DNA from: a virus
Length of the DNA stretch: 64,000 bases
Strand: one strand, 5' to 3'
IMG/VR virus record: IMGVR_UViG_3300025151_000017
Span: 32,001 to 96,000 of that record
Shown here: piece by piece, positions 29,299-39,000 of the stretch
How positions within the stretch are numbered: the first letter of the stretch is position 1
How the letters are laid out: each line of letters starts with the position of its first letter
The notes under the pieces: model-generated
Told to the model about the DNA's origin: nothing
The model's input: only the letters and a program-made list of their open reading frames with translations
Databases searched by the model: none
Position numbers and translations under genes: made by a program

Positions 29299-30582
29299 AT
29301 GTCAAAAATAAATGTCGCCATTATTGGTGTCGGTAATTGTGCCAAGTCTTTAGTAGAGGGTGTACAATACTATATTCAAAATCCCGAAGATAAAGTTGGT
29401 TTAATGTATCCAGATATTGGAGGATACACTGTAAATGATATCGAGTTCGTTTGTGGCTTCGATATTGACCCACGAAAAGTCGGAACTCACTTAATTAATG
29501 CATTACGATCCAGACCTAACTGTGCTATGGACCATGTCGACTCGCTAGATTTTACTTGTGTAAATTCTCTAGCAGAAGTTTATTCAGGTCCAGTACTAGA
29601 TGGTGTTGCTGACCACATGCTTGATTATCCAGAAGAAATATCATTTAGAACAGGTGCAGATACTGCCCTATCTAAAAAACAAGTTGCTGAAAAACTTAAC
29701 TTTCATAAAGTAGATGTGGTAATTAATTATTTACCAGTTGGTTCTGAGAAAGCTACAGAGTTCTATATGGCAGCATGTCTAGAAGCTGGTTGTCATTTCG
29801 TAAACTGTATTCCTACATTAATCGAAACTAACAAATCTAAATTAGTAGAGCAATCATTTATTGATAAAGGACTTACTATTGTTGGTTCTGATATGAGATC
29901 TGCTTGGGGTGCTTCTAGATTATCTGAGGTATTACAAGGAGCAATGATAGACTCTGGTTTACAAGTGACGCAACATATTCAAATGAATATGGCAGCAGGG
30001 TCTACACAAGGTCAAGAAAATATTCGTACAGGTAGAACAGCAAATACTGACTTCTTAAATATGGCTTACAAAGAAAGATTACATAGTAAGCATGTATCTA
30101 AGGAGAATGTTTTGAAAGGTCAAAATGTTGTTAGGGAAGAACCAACAGCTGGTATGACTTTATATGCTGGACCAAGTCTTACAGTATTTCAAAAACCAGG
30201 AGGGGATTATGTTGGCTCCGATAATAAAATTGCCAACCTAGATATTGTTGCTTATGGTTTTGGTGGGGCAAGGTATGAAATGTCAGCTAGACTTTCAGTA
30301 CAAGATTCGCCAAACTCAGGAGGAGTGGTGGTATCGGCTATTCGTTTCTGTAAGGTTGCTTCTGAGATGGGTATAGTTGGTTTCCTAAGAGGTCCAAGTG
30401 CTTGGACACAAAAGACACCTCCTGTACAATTAAAAACTGAGGATGCTAAGTTTGAATGTGACGCACTTGCTCGCAGAGAACTTACTAAAATGACAGAGCC
30501 ACAGTTAAAGAAAAATAATCCTAAAGCATTAGACTTGCCTTATACATATCAAGCTGGTCATACTGATTATGAAAACAATTAA
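29299..30582 (+). CDS. ino1: myo-inositol-1-phosphate synthase
   Basis: GVGNCAKSLVEG, NYLPVGSE, FVNCIP, NTDFLNM, SK..SK, DNK, DSPNSGG, KTPP. Confidence 0.92.
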   Translation: MSKINVAIIGVGNCAKSLVEGVQYYIQNPEDKVGLMYPDIGGYTVNDIEFVCGFDIDPRKVGTHLINALRSRPNCAMDHVDSLDFTCVNSLAEVYSGPVLDGVADHMLDYPEEISFRTGADTALSKKQVAEKLNFHKVDVVINYLPVGSEKATEFYMAACLEAGCHFVNCIPTLIETNKSKLVEQSFIDKGLTIVGSDMRSAWGASRLSEVLQGAMIDSGLQVTQHIQMNMAAGSTQGQENIRTGRTANTDFLNMAYKERLHSKHVSKENVLKGQNVVREEPTAGMTLYAGPSLTVFQKPGGDYVGSDNKIANLDIVAYGFGGARYEMSARLSVQDSPNSGGVVVSAIRFCKVASEMGIVGFLRGPSAWTQKTPPVQLKTEDAKFECDALARRELTKMTEPQLKKNNPKALDLPYTYQAGHTDYENN

Positions 30583-30958
30583 CACATTTGATATCGATGG
30601 TGTCATCTTTATGGGTGATTACAATGGAGTGTATCCGAGTAAGGATGACATCATCATCACAGGTAGATCTATTGAAGAGTGGGATGAAACTTCTGCTATG
30701 CTAAAATCAAAAGGTATAGACAACGAAGTGTTTATGAACCCAACAAACTTTGCTCAAAAAACTAGGGAAGGATCTGGGGTACATAAAGCAACCATAATTA
30801 AATGGCTTGAACAAGATAGAGGAGTAAAAGTTGGAATACATTTTGAAGACGATCCTATACAAATCAGAGAAATATCTAAAAGATGTCCTGAGGTAAAAAT
30901 TGTTCATCTTGTACATACATTGGTAGAAAAAGAAAATAAAAGGAGACCATTCAAATGA
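30569..30958 (+). CDS. minimal HAD-family phosphatase
   Basis: FDIDGV, ITGR, HK, FEDD motifs I-IV. Confidence 0.85.
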   Translation: MKTINTFDIDGVIFMGDYNGVYPSKDDIIITGRSIEEWDETSAMLKSKGIDNEVFMNPTNFAQKTREGSGVHKATIIKWLEQDRGVKVGIHFEDDPIQIREISKRCPEVKIVHLVHTLVEKENKRRPFK

Positions 30959-31527
30959 TTATTGCGATAGGTGGAGAACCAGCTACTGGTAAATCTACAT
31001 TAATGAAACAGTGGATGAAACCATATAAGTGGGAAGATGTAAAACTTACTGACTTGCTATATGGTATGTGGTGTAAAGACCTGAATACGATTGTTCTCGG
31101 AAAAGATTATTTCGATGAGAGCCAGATGTTTTCAGGTACTGATAGACTATCAATGGCAGTACAACCCAAAGCAATAGAGTGGATGAGGGACTCATACAAG
31201 CCATCTGGAGTGAATATAGTGTTTGAGGGAGATAGGTTATTTACTGCTTCTTTCCTATCTGAGATCGTCGCTATGGGGCACGATTTAGAGTGTATTTACA
31301 TAAAAGCAGACCAAAGTATCCTAGATGAAAGACATGTCTCTAGGAAGGATAATCAGGACGACAAGTTCCTAAATTCAAGGAAAACGAAGCTATCTAACAT
31401 ATTATCTAACTTTGAACTCATGCCTTTTATTACCGAGTTCCCTAATAATAATGAAGATGACCAGCTGTTATTGGTCAACCATCTTCTAGGAAAGTTAGAT
31501 ATTGGCACGATAGTTTTCGAAAACTAA
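30955..31527 (+). CDS. P-loop nucleotide kinase of the type found in base-modification clusters
   Basis: GGEPATGKST, LGKDY, GTDRLS, FEGDRL. Confidence 0.75.
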   Translation: MIIAIGGEPATGKSTLMKQWMKPYKWEDVKLTDLLYGMWCKDLNTIVLGKDYFDESQMFSGTDRLSMAVQPKAIEWMRDSYKPSGVNIVFEGDRLFTASFLSEIVAMGHDLECIYIKADQSILDERHVSRKDNQDDKFLNSRKTKLSNILSNFELMPFITEFPNNNEDDQLLLVNHLLGKLDIGTIVFEN

Positions 31528-31533
31528 ATATCG

Positions 31534-32082
31534 TTGATGGCAAAGTGGTATCGAGATAAGGCAATTATCAATGTGCGTGGTGGAGACGCAGAGACAAGGA
31601 AACTTGTCCGATCCATTGCCCACTGGGTATCACGAAAAACCATGGATGTTCGACTCCGAACATCTGTCACTGTAAATATAGTAATACAAAAAAACTTATA
31701 TCTTAAGGAAAAAGTCCAAGGATTATCTTGGATTGATGATGAGGAATATAAACCTCGTAAATTTAAGATACAGGTTGAAGAACAATCTAGATTACGACCC
31801 ATGCTAGAAACTATCGCTCACGAAATGATACATATCAAGCAGTGGGCATCTGGTGAAATGTACGAATATTCAGATGGGTTTCGTACACGATATCAGAAGA
31901 AAGCATTTAACACCAAGAAGATGGATTACTGGGATGCTCCTTGGGAGATAGAAGCACATGGTAAAGAAGTCGGTATGTTTGTTAGATGGGCAGAAGAGGA
32001 AGGATATAACAAACTTCCTTGGGCAAGGGTTGACTTCCTGAAACCTGATTATGCTAAGAAAATCAAGCACTTAATAAAATAA
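31534..32082 (+). CDS. SprT-like zinc metallopeptidase
   Basis: AHEMIHIKQ, YWDAPWEIEA; CTAAATA at 31524. Confidence 0.75.
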   Translation: MMAKWYRDKAIINVRGGDAETRKLVRSIAHWVSRKTMDVRLRTSVTVNIVIQKNLYLKEKVQGLSWIDDEEYKPRKFKIQVEEQSRLRPMLETIAHEMIHIKQWASGEMYEYSDGFRTRYQKKAFNTKKMDYWDAPWEIEAHGKEVGMFVRWAEEEGYNKLPWARVDFLKPDYAKKIKHLIK

Positions 32083-32089
32083 TTAATTT

Positions 32090-32170
32090 TATATAACAAA
32101 ATAATATAAAAAATACTTTACTTTTGGTTCAAAATCAGGTAGAATACCTGTATTAAATCAATTGAGAGGT
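32090..32170 (+). promoter_or_regulatory. class I promoter element, copy 3 (partial)
   Basis: TTTACT 32117-TTTGGTTCAAAATCAGG-TAGAAT 32140; TGAGAGGTAA RBS. Confidence 0.8.
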
Positions 32171-32175
32171 AAATT

Positions 32176-32349
32176 ATGTATAAAACTAAACTTGAAAATC
32201 CTGAGTATATGATACTCGTTGATGAGTTTAAAGCTATTAAAAGTGTGAAAAATAAAATCGCTTGGCTTGAAACTAATCGTGAAATGCTTGAAAAAAATTG
32301 GGGTACTAAAGTTGATGCCCTAATAAAAGGCTGGTCTAAAAAGCTATAA
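32176..32349 (+). CDS. 57-aa early protein
   Basis: Directly behind a class I promoter and GAGAGG RBS; missing from the ORF track. Confidence 0.65.
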   Translation: MYKTKLENPEYMILVDEFKAIKSVKNKIAWLETNREMLEKNWGTKVDALIKGWSKKL

Positions 32350-32376
32350 AAATTTTATAGCTTTAAAGCTATAAAA
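32340..32376. repeat. three alternating copies of AAAGCTATAAAA, including a perfect 24-bp palindrome
   Basis: AAAGCTATAAAA-a-TTTTATAGCTTT-AAAGCTATAAAA. Confidence 0.85.
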
Positions 32377-32397
32377 AGTTGACTAATAAATAGTGTT

Positions 32398-33738
32398 ATG
32401 GCTACGATTGTAAATAATAAACAAAATTATGGAGAAGGACACTCAGTGGTCTTTACTTCAGCAATCAAAACACAAAAAACAATACAAGAAATTCTTGCTC
32501 TAAAAATCAAGCTGGAACAAGATGTCTTTCAAATAACTCTCAAAAATTATAAACCTGATATGGAACTAGACCTAGGAAATGGTAGAGATTCCATTCAGTT
32601 GTTAGATAAAAAGAAAAAGGTTCTACTCGTAAAAGGTAAAGCCGACACAATTAATAAGTTGTTTAAACATTACTCAGCTAATGCTAAAGGAACTAAAGCA
32701 AATACAAATTTACTTACAGAAATAAAAGAACTTTACTCTATGGAAGTATTTCGTGCCTTTACTAATTCTAGACAAACACTAAAAGAAGATGAAGTTATTA
32801 AATTAGTACAAGCACAACAAAGAGAAACCAAAAATAATTTAGATGATGTATTTTATACTTCAGCTATAAAACAACTAGAAGTATTTAAAACTCTACAACT
32901 AAAAGGTCAGTTTGACTTTGAACGACAAGGTGGTCCAAGAACGAAAGAGTTATATAAACATGCTAGAGCATTAACAGGCAAATCTAATGACAACTGGAAC
33001 CCTGCTGATGTTTGGATTATTAATAGAAAATGTGATATGAGTTATCTTTTAGATACTAGGAGTCCTACAGAATTAAATACAAAGTTGGCAGAAAAAGTTA
33101 AGAAAAAAGAAATTATTCCTGTATCACTAAAACAAGTAGAAGGTCCAAAAGCAAGATTAGAACTTGTAGATCCAGCATCAGCTTTTAAAGAAAACTTAGA
33201 TATGAATTTTACTCTTGATAGAATAGATTTATCTGGTAAAGATAAAGATGGGCAGTATTTTAAAAACTGCATAATATACACAAGATCTGGCTACGCAACT
33301 CGTGTTGCTTTTAAAGCATCATCTACCACATTAAATGTTTCATTAGAGGGAAGGTTTGTAGGCGAAAAAGCACAGATTGGTGGTATAGACGCAAAAGAAT
33401 ATAGGTTGAAAGTAAAAAGAGATTTTAATTATGACCTGAGAGGTTCTTCGGTAAATCCAGGCATGAGGAAAATTGCTGATGCTGAGTTGAAAGAAATGTT
33501 TGGTAAATATGGCAGACTTTCTAATACTATCAAAAATTTTGCTGAAGTAGAAAAGATATTGAACGACAAGAACACCATGCAACTGACTAAAGATAGATAT
33601 GTAAATATGGTATCCTATATGTATTCGATATTGATAATCCCCAACTCTCAAAAGAAGTTTGAAGAACACATGAAATTCCAATATTTGACTGCTAAAAAGT
33701 TATCCGAAGATTCTTCTTTATATTACTTGATAAAATAG
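32398..33738 (+). CDS. putative PD-(D/E)xK restriction-like endonuclease
   Basis: TEIKE...DNWNPADVW...IPVSLKQ; ATAAATA late-type box at 32386. Confidence 0.6.
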   Translation: MATIVNNKQNYGEGHSVVFTSAIKTQKTIQEILALKIKLEQDVFQITLKNYKPDMELDLGNGRDSIQLLDKKKKVLLVKGKADTINKLFKHYSANAKGTKANTNLLTEIKELYSMEVFRAFTNSRQTLKEDEVIKLVQAQQRETKNNLDDVFYTSAIKQLEVFKTLQLKGQFDFERQGGPRTKELYKHARALTGKSNDNWNPADVWIINRKCDMSYLLDTRSPTELNTKLAEKVKKKEIIPVSLKQVEGPKARLELVDPASAFKENLDMNFTLDRIDLSGKDKDGQYFKNCIIYTRSGYATRVAFKASSTTLNVSLEGRFVGEKAQIGGIDAKEYRLKVKRDFNYDLRGSSVNPGMRKIADAELKEMFGKYGRLSNTIKNFAEVEKILNDKNTMQLTKDRYVNMVSYMYSILIIPNSQKKFEEHMKFQYLTAKKLSEDSSLYYLIK

Positions 33739-33854
33739 GTTATAAGTACCTGATTTTTAATAGCAAAATAGTTTAAAAAAAGTAAAAAAAACCTTTACTT
33801 TTGGGTCAAAATTTAGTAGAATATGTATATAAATTGATAAAAAGAGAGGTAAAT
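33739..33854 (+). promoter_or_regulatory. class I promoter element, copy 4
   Basis: GTTATAAGTA...TTTACT 33794...TAGAAT 33817...GAGAGGTAA. Confidence 0.85.
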
Positions 33855-34241
33855 ATGACTACAATTTTACAAATAGCTGAATCGCAAGGTACTTTTTCTA
33901 AAGTAATGCATTCATTAGAGAACCAATTAGTTGGTATTAACGAAATCAGAATCGCTGGTAGAGAGTATAAAAGACAATCTGACTGGTTTGATAACCAGTG
34001 GTCAACTACTCAAAACTCTGTAGAGTTTGCTAAGAATGGTGGTGGTTTCTATATTGACCAAGATGATATCGTTAGATGGCATTCAAATGGAAGAGCACCA
34101 TTCGGTGATATGCTTCTTGACTTACATGAAGCTGGTCTTATTACTTTGAACCAAGTTGAACAAACTTGTACTTACACAGAAATCAGAACTGAAGAGTTCT
34201 GGGATGAACAATTTAAAAACATAAATATGGAGGATAAATAA
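33855..34241 (+). CDS. early hypothetical protein
   Basis: RBS and promoter directly upstream; VRWHSNGRAPF. Confidence 0.65.
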   Translation: MTTILQIAESQGTFSKVMHSLENQLVGINEIRIAGREYKRQSDWFDNQWSTTQNSVEFAKNGGGFYIDQDDIVRWHSNGRAPFGDMLLDLHEAGLITLNQVEQTCTYTEIRTEEFWDEQFKNINMEDK

Positions 34242-34423
34242 TGTCACACCCTGTAAATGATATGATAATGGACCAAATTATCGATAAAGTCGCAGAAATG
34301 TCTGGTCATGAGAAACACATGTATCTCTTCAAAAATAAGCTACAAGCTGCATATCGAGAAGATTGGAATGATGTAATCGCAGATGACATGTTCCAGAAAA
34401 AAATGGAAGAGAGTCCTTACTAA
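34241..34423 (+). CDS. hypothetical protein
   Basis: TAATG coupling, GGAGG RBS. Confidence 0.55.
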   Translation: MSHPVNDMIMDQIIDKVAEMSGHEKHMYLFKNKLQAAYREDWNDVIADDMFQKKMEESPY

Positions 34424-34764
34424 TGGCTCAAGTCCACGAAATGCTGTTTATGAAGATGTCTAATGGCGAATACATTTATGGTTCTAATTTAGACATCGGC
34501 AGATATTCAGTAAAATTTGAACCAGCACTTGAATGTGTTCATGAGTTTGACCATGTGCCACCTATGAAGCTAGAAGGTCAAGGTGGCTACTCGGAAGGAT
34601 CTAGAGCATTCAAGTATGTTGGTGAAGACCACGATCCTATGACAGTTTCTCATCCACCTAGTCAAGAAATGATGAGAGTGACTGCTCGAGGTGAAAAAGA
34701 ATTCTATCAAACTAATGGCTGGGATTATAAAACAGGGGAGTATATATACAACGAAAAATGGTAA
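34423..34764 (+). CDS. hypothetical protein
   Basis: TAATG coupling. Confidence 0.55.
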   Translation: MAQVHEMLFMKMSNGEYIYGSNLDIGRYSVKFEPALECVHEFDHVPPMKLEGQGGYSEGSRAFKYVGEDHDPMTVSHPPSQEMMRVTARGEKEFYQTNGWDYKTGEYIYNEKW

Positions 34765-35993
34765 AATCACTCAAGACATTAATTACTGAGCAAAAGAATG
34801 TTCACATGGAGCACATCGAAGATCTTCTTTTTGATGAAGGTGTCGCTGGTGCTCGTCGTTCTATAAACTTCATGCAGAATATGCGTGATATGTTAGCTGG
34901 TAAATCTACTAGCAAAATAAATGCTACAGTAAAATGGGATGGTGCACCTGCGATCTTTGCTGGTACAGATCCTAGAAATGGCAAAAAGTTTATTGCTAAA
35001 AAAGGTATCTTCAACAAGAATCCTAAAGTTTATTATACACCTGCCGATATTAAGAAAGACACATCTGGCGACCTACAGAAAAAACTATTAATCTGTATGA
35101 CATATTTACCTAAAGTGTTGCCAGATCGTGGTATCTTCCAAGGAGACTTAATGTGGGCAGGTCGTACCGATCTAAAAGTTAAAACCATAGATGGTGGTAA
35201 GTATGTGACATTCCAACCTAACACTATCGTGTATGCTGTTCCTGCAGTGTCAGCTTTATCTAATCAGATTAGTCGTGCTCATATGGGTATCGTATGGCAT
35301 ACTTCTTATACAGGTAATACCTTTGAGACTCTTAGAGCATCTTTTGGTAAAGGTATCAATAAGAAGATGAAAGTAAATGCTGATGTATGGTCAGACGATG
35401 CTACTTATAAAGATCTGTCTGGTCAGGGTGCAATGACTGCTAAAGAGACTGCCGAGTTTACTAAGCAACTATCTGCTATTGGTTCTCAGTTTAGAAAAGT
35501 AAATGCTAATGTATTGAACAGCATTAAGGATAATAAAGATTTACTGCTACAAGTAAAAACATTTAACAATACTAAGATACGAGCAGGGAAAAGAATTACT
35601 AATCCTAGTCAACATGTCACTCAGATGTTTCATTATATTGCCGATAAGTATAAGAAAGAAATAGATAGTAAGAAAACAGAGAAGGGTAAAGCTACATGGA
35701 AAGCTAAGAAGAACGAGGTAATGAAGTTCTTTATAAATGATAAACAAAAAATCGTTGAGATATTTAAGTTGATGAATTTAATGGTGGATGCCAAGCAGAC
35801 ACTTATTACTAAGATGAACCAAATAGGATCTATGAAGACTTTTGTCAGGACTCGCAATGGGTTTAAAGTGACTGGAGTAGAAGGTTTCGTGGCTATTGAC
35901 AGAATGTCAGGTAGTGCTGTGAAGCTGGTAGATAGATTAGAGTTCTCTAGACTCAATTTTTCTCCCGAAATTTTGAAAGGCTGGGATAAGTAA
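34758..35993 (+). CDS. conserved marine T4-like protein with ligase-type nucleotidyltransferase motifs
   Basis: HMEHIED; TVKWDG, FQGDL, EGFV, VKLVDR. Confidence 0.6.
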   Translation: MVKSLKTLITEQKNVHMEHIEDLLFDEGVAGARRSINFMQNMRDMLAGKSTSKINATVKWDGAPAIFAGTDPRNGKKFIAKKGIFNKNPKVYYTPADIKKDTSGDLQKKLLICMTYLPKVLPDRGIFQGDLMWAGRTDLKVKTIDGGKYVTFQPNTIVYAVPAVSALSNQISRAHMGIVWHTSYTGNTFETLRASFGKGINKKMKVNADVWSDDATYKDLSGQGAMTAKETAEFTKQLSAIGSQFRKVNANVLNSIKDNKDLLLQVKTFNNTKIRAGKRITNPSQHVTQMFHYIADKYKKEIDSKKTEKGKATWKAKKNEVMKFFINDKQKIVEIFKLMNLMVDAKQTLITKMNQIGSMKTFVRTRNGFKVTGVEGFVAIDRMSGSAVKLVDRLEFSRLNFSPEILKGWDK

Positions 35994-35997
35994 GATA

Positions 35998-36004
35998 CTA
36001 AATA
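35998..36004 (+). promoter_or_regulatory. late promoter CTAAATA
   Basis: Intergenic, upstream of 36054. Confidence 0.55.
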
Positions 36005-36053
36005 TAGGTATTGCGAGCAATATGCTCTTTGTTAATCGATGGGAAAACTATAA

Positions 36054-39000
36054 ATGAAAGATTTTAAAACACTTCTTAACGAAGTACCAAGCAAAAAGAT
36101 GGTCATAGGATTCGGAAGATTTAATCCTCCGACGACTGGTCACGAGTTGCTTATTAACAAAGTCACGCAATATGCTCGTTCAAAAGGCAGTCCTGCCAAA
36201 ATATATGTCACAGCTACTGAAGACAAGAAAAAGAATCCACTAAAACAAGAACGCAAGATCTATTATATGAAAAGGATGTTCGGTCAGAACACACCTCTCG
36301 TACCAACGAAGTCGCCAAATCAAAGAACAATTATAGAAGTTGCGAAGTATCTAAACGAAAAAGAAAAGATTACTGAACTAACATTGATTGCTGGTAGTGA
36401 TAGGATTAATGAATATAAAAGATTACTCAACCAATATAATGGTAAAGATTACAACTTCGACAAGATAACTGTATTATCTTCTGGTCGCAGAGACCCTGAC
36501 TCAGATATGGCTGAGGGTATGTCTGCTACTAAAATGAGAACTGCTGCATCTTCAGGTAAATTTAATGACTTCAAACGAGGTATCCCTCGTAGAATGACTG
36601 TAGCTGACAGTAAAAGATTATTCAACGAAGTACGCAAAGGCATGGGTCTGCCACCAATTAGAGAAGAAGTAATTCTACCAACATCTCAACTAAGAGAAGA
36701 TTATGTAGCCAAGAAGATATTTAATATCGGAGCAGTAGTTGAAGATGATAAAGGTGTCTACGAAGTAATGGATCGTGGAGCAAATTATATTTCCGTGTCT
36801 GACGAAGATGGCAATGTATCTAAAAAATGGCTACACGAAGTTCGTCAGATATCGGAAAAGAATACTGTAAATGATTATCACTACAATGATGAGATTGTAT
36901 ATAAAGGATATACCACAGAACACTTTAGAAACTATTATGAAATAAAAGATAAGTTTTTAGATTTGTTTGAAAGTGATAAAGATCCTGTTGCTATTCTTAC
37001 TTGCTTAAAATTAGTTGACCAAACACTAAAGATTTTATCTGAAGCAGAGTCTAGAGGATACGCATTAATAGAAGAAGCTGGTGCCGATTCTATTATAAAA
37101 ATGAAACTTGCAGATAGTCTAAATAGTATTGGCGAACTCGGAAATCATGATTACTTAGATAAAATTAATGCCGACTTGGCTGACTTATTAGCAAGAGAAC
37201 CAAACATGAAAAAAGACTTAGAAGAACAAAAGAACTTAAAAATTGACCCACAGAATAAATTTAGATTTACTTCTGCGGATAGAATTAAAGTGGCTAGAAT
37301 TATTGCTGGTTCATTAGGTATAGACAATCCTGAGAAGATGTCTAACCCAACACAACTTATTAACTTCGGTCTTAGGAAACTAAGAACTAAAAGAGTCACT
37401 CCTGAGTTTGCTGAAATCGTAAAGAAAATGCTACAAACTGCAAACACAGCAGGCATTGATTACGATCGTCAGTATCTACCAGCCATTATGAGAACAGGTA
37501 AATTTAAAGTAGAACAAAAATCATTTAAAGACTTCGTGAACGAAGTATCTGGCTCAGGTGTAGATCCTATTGTTGTACAGCTTAGAAAGAACATTAATCT
37601 AAAAGGTAATTATACATTCGAGTTTACTGATGGCTCTAAAGGTAAGATGTCTCCTGGAGCATCAGAAGGTATCCTGAAAAAATACGAAGGACTTCGTACT
37701 CCGAAACAAAAATTAAATGTATCAAGAGGTATGGGTAAATCCATGAAGTCTCTAAAAGATACATTATCAAACTTTGATGCGATAGCTAATAAAGAAGATC
37801 CTAGAGATAAAAAGTCAGGTAGAGAAGAGCCAACTCGTGGGTTGGTAAATCCTATGGATAAAAAGCCAATCAAAAAAGAAGAAGTACAGGAAGCTAAGAA
37901 AGAAAAGAAAAAAGATCCTGAAAAAGATTACAAGCCACACATGATGTACGATCCTAAAACAGGCAAAGGTGTTATGGCTAAGAAATATGCTGACCACGAA
38001 AAGCTGAAGAAGTTAGGATATGACCACGACGATCCTTCCACTAAACAGATAGAAGAAGATCCTCTTACACTAACTAAAGATAGAATTAAAAAAGAAAAAG
38101 AAGCTGATAAAATTAAGCATGATAAAATGATGGATCGTGCTAGAACTCAAAGTGCTTTGAAAAAGAATCGTGAAACTAAACCGATGAAGAAAGAAGAGTC
38201 GGAAGGTAAGAAAGGCATTATGGGTGTTGGCTCAGATGTCACTCGTAAAGTAAGACAAGGTCTAAGAGCCGAACTTATGATGCGTATGGCTATGACCAAG
38301 AAAAAAATGGCAAAAACTAAAAAGGGAACTAAAGAGTTTGACGAACTTTATGCTGAGTATAAAAAGTGTAAAGATAAAATGAGAAACCTGCCAGGCAAAG
38401 AGGGTGTAAACGAAGAGAAAAAGAAAGGCACTCATAAGTATTATAAAGGTGTTTCTAATAAAGATAAGAAGGCAAGAAGGGATGAGTTTGAAAGGGATGC
38501 TAAAAAAGATGATAGCGATCCTACCAAATACGATCCTGCTGCTGGAGATCTAGATAAAAAAGGCGACTTCAAGAAAACTAAAAAATCTAAACACACACTT
38601 AAATACCACAAGAAGTATGGCGACCCAGCAAAAGAAAAAACTAATGAAGAGAAAAAGCCAAGTGTTGACGAAGTAGATCCTTCAACTAATTTTAATATCG
38701 CTAAGTCTATTATGTCTTACAAAGATTATAAGAAGATGCTAAAACTAGCAGGTGGTATAGTAAAAAGAAATGAAAAGGGTGAAGTAGAATCTAAAGCAAC
38801 TCGTGATGAAAAAATCATGAAGCAAGTTGTCGACGAACAAAAGAAAAACTGTGGGTGTGGTAAAGACCCATGCGAAACTTATGGTAATCTCCCTGAAGAT
38901 AAAGAGATGACCGATGCCCAAATGAAAAAACGAGAAGACATCGTTAAGGGTATGAAAGATAAAACTGCTGATTTTAAAAAGCGATATGGCAAAGATTATA

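Noticed and set aside
7416-33854. Repeated ~100-bp elements as a CRISPR array or IS ends
   Set aside because: They are dispersed, have no spacer periodicity, transposase or cas genes, and show promoter architecture.
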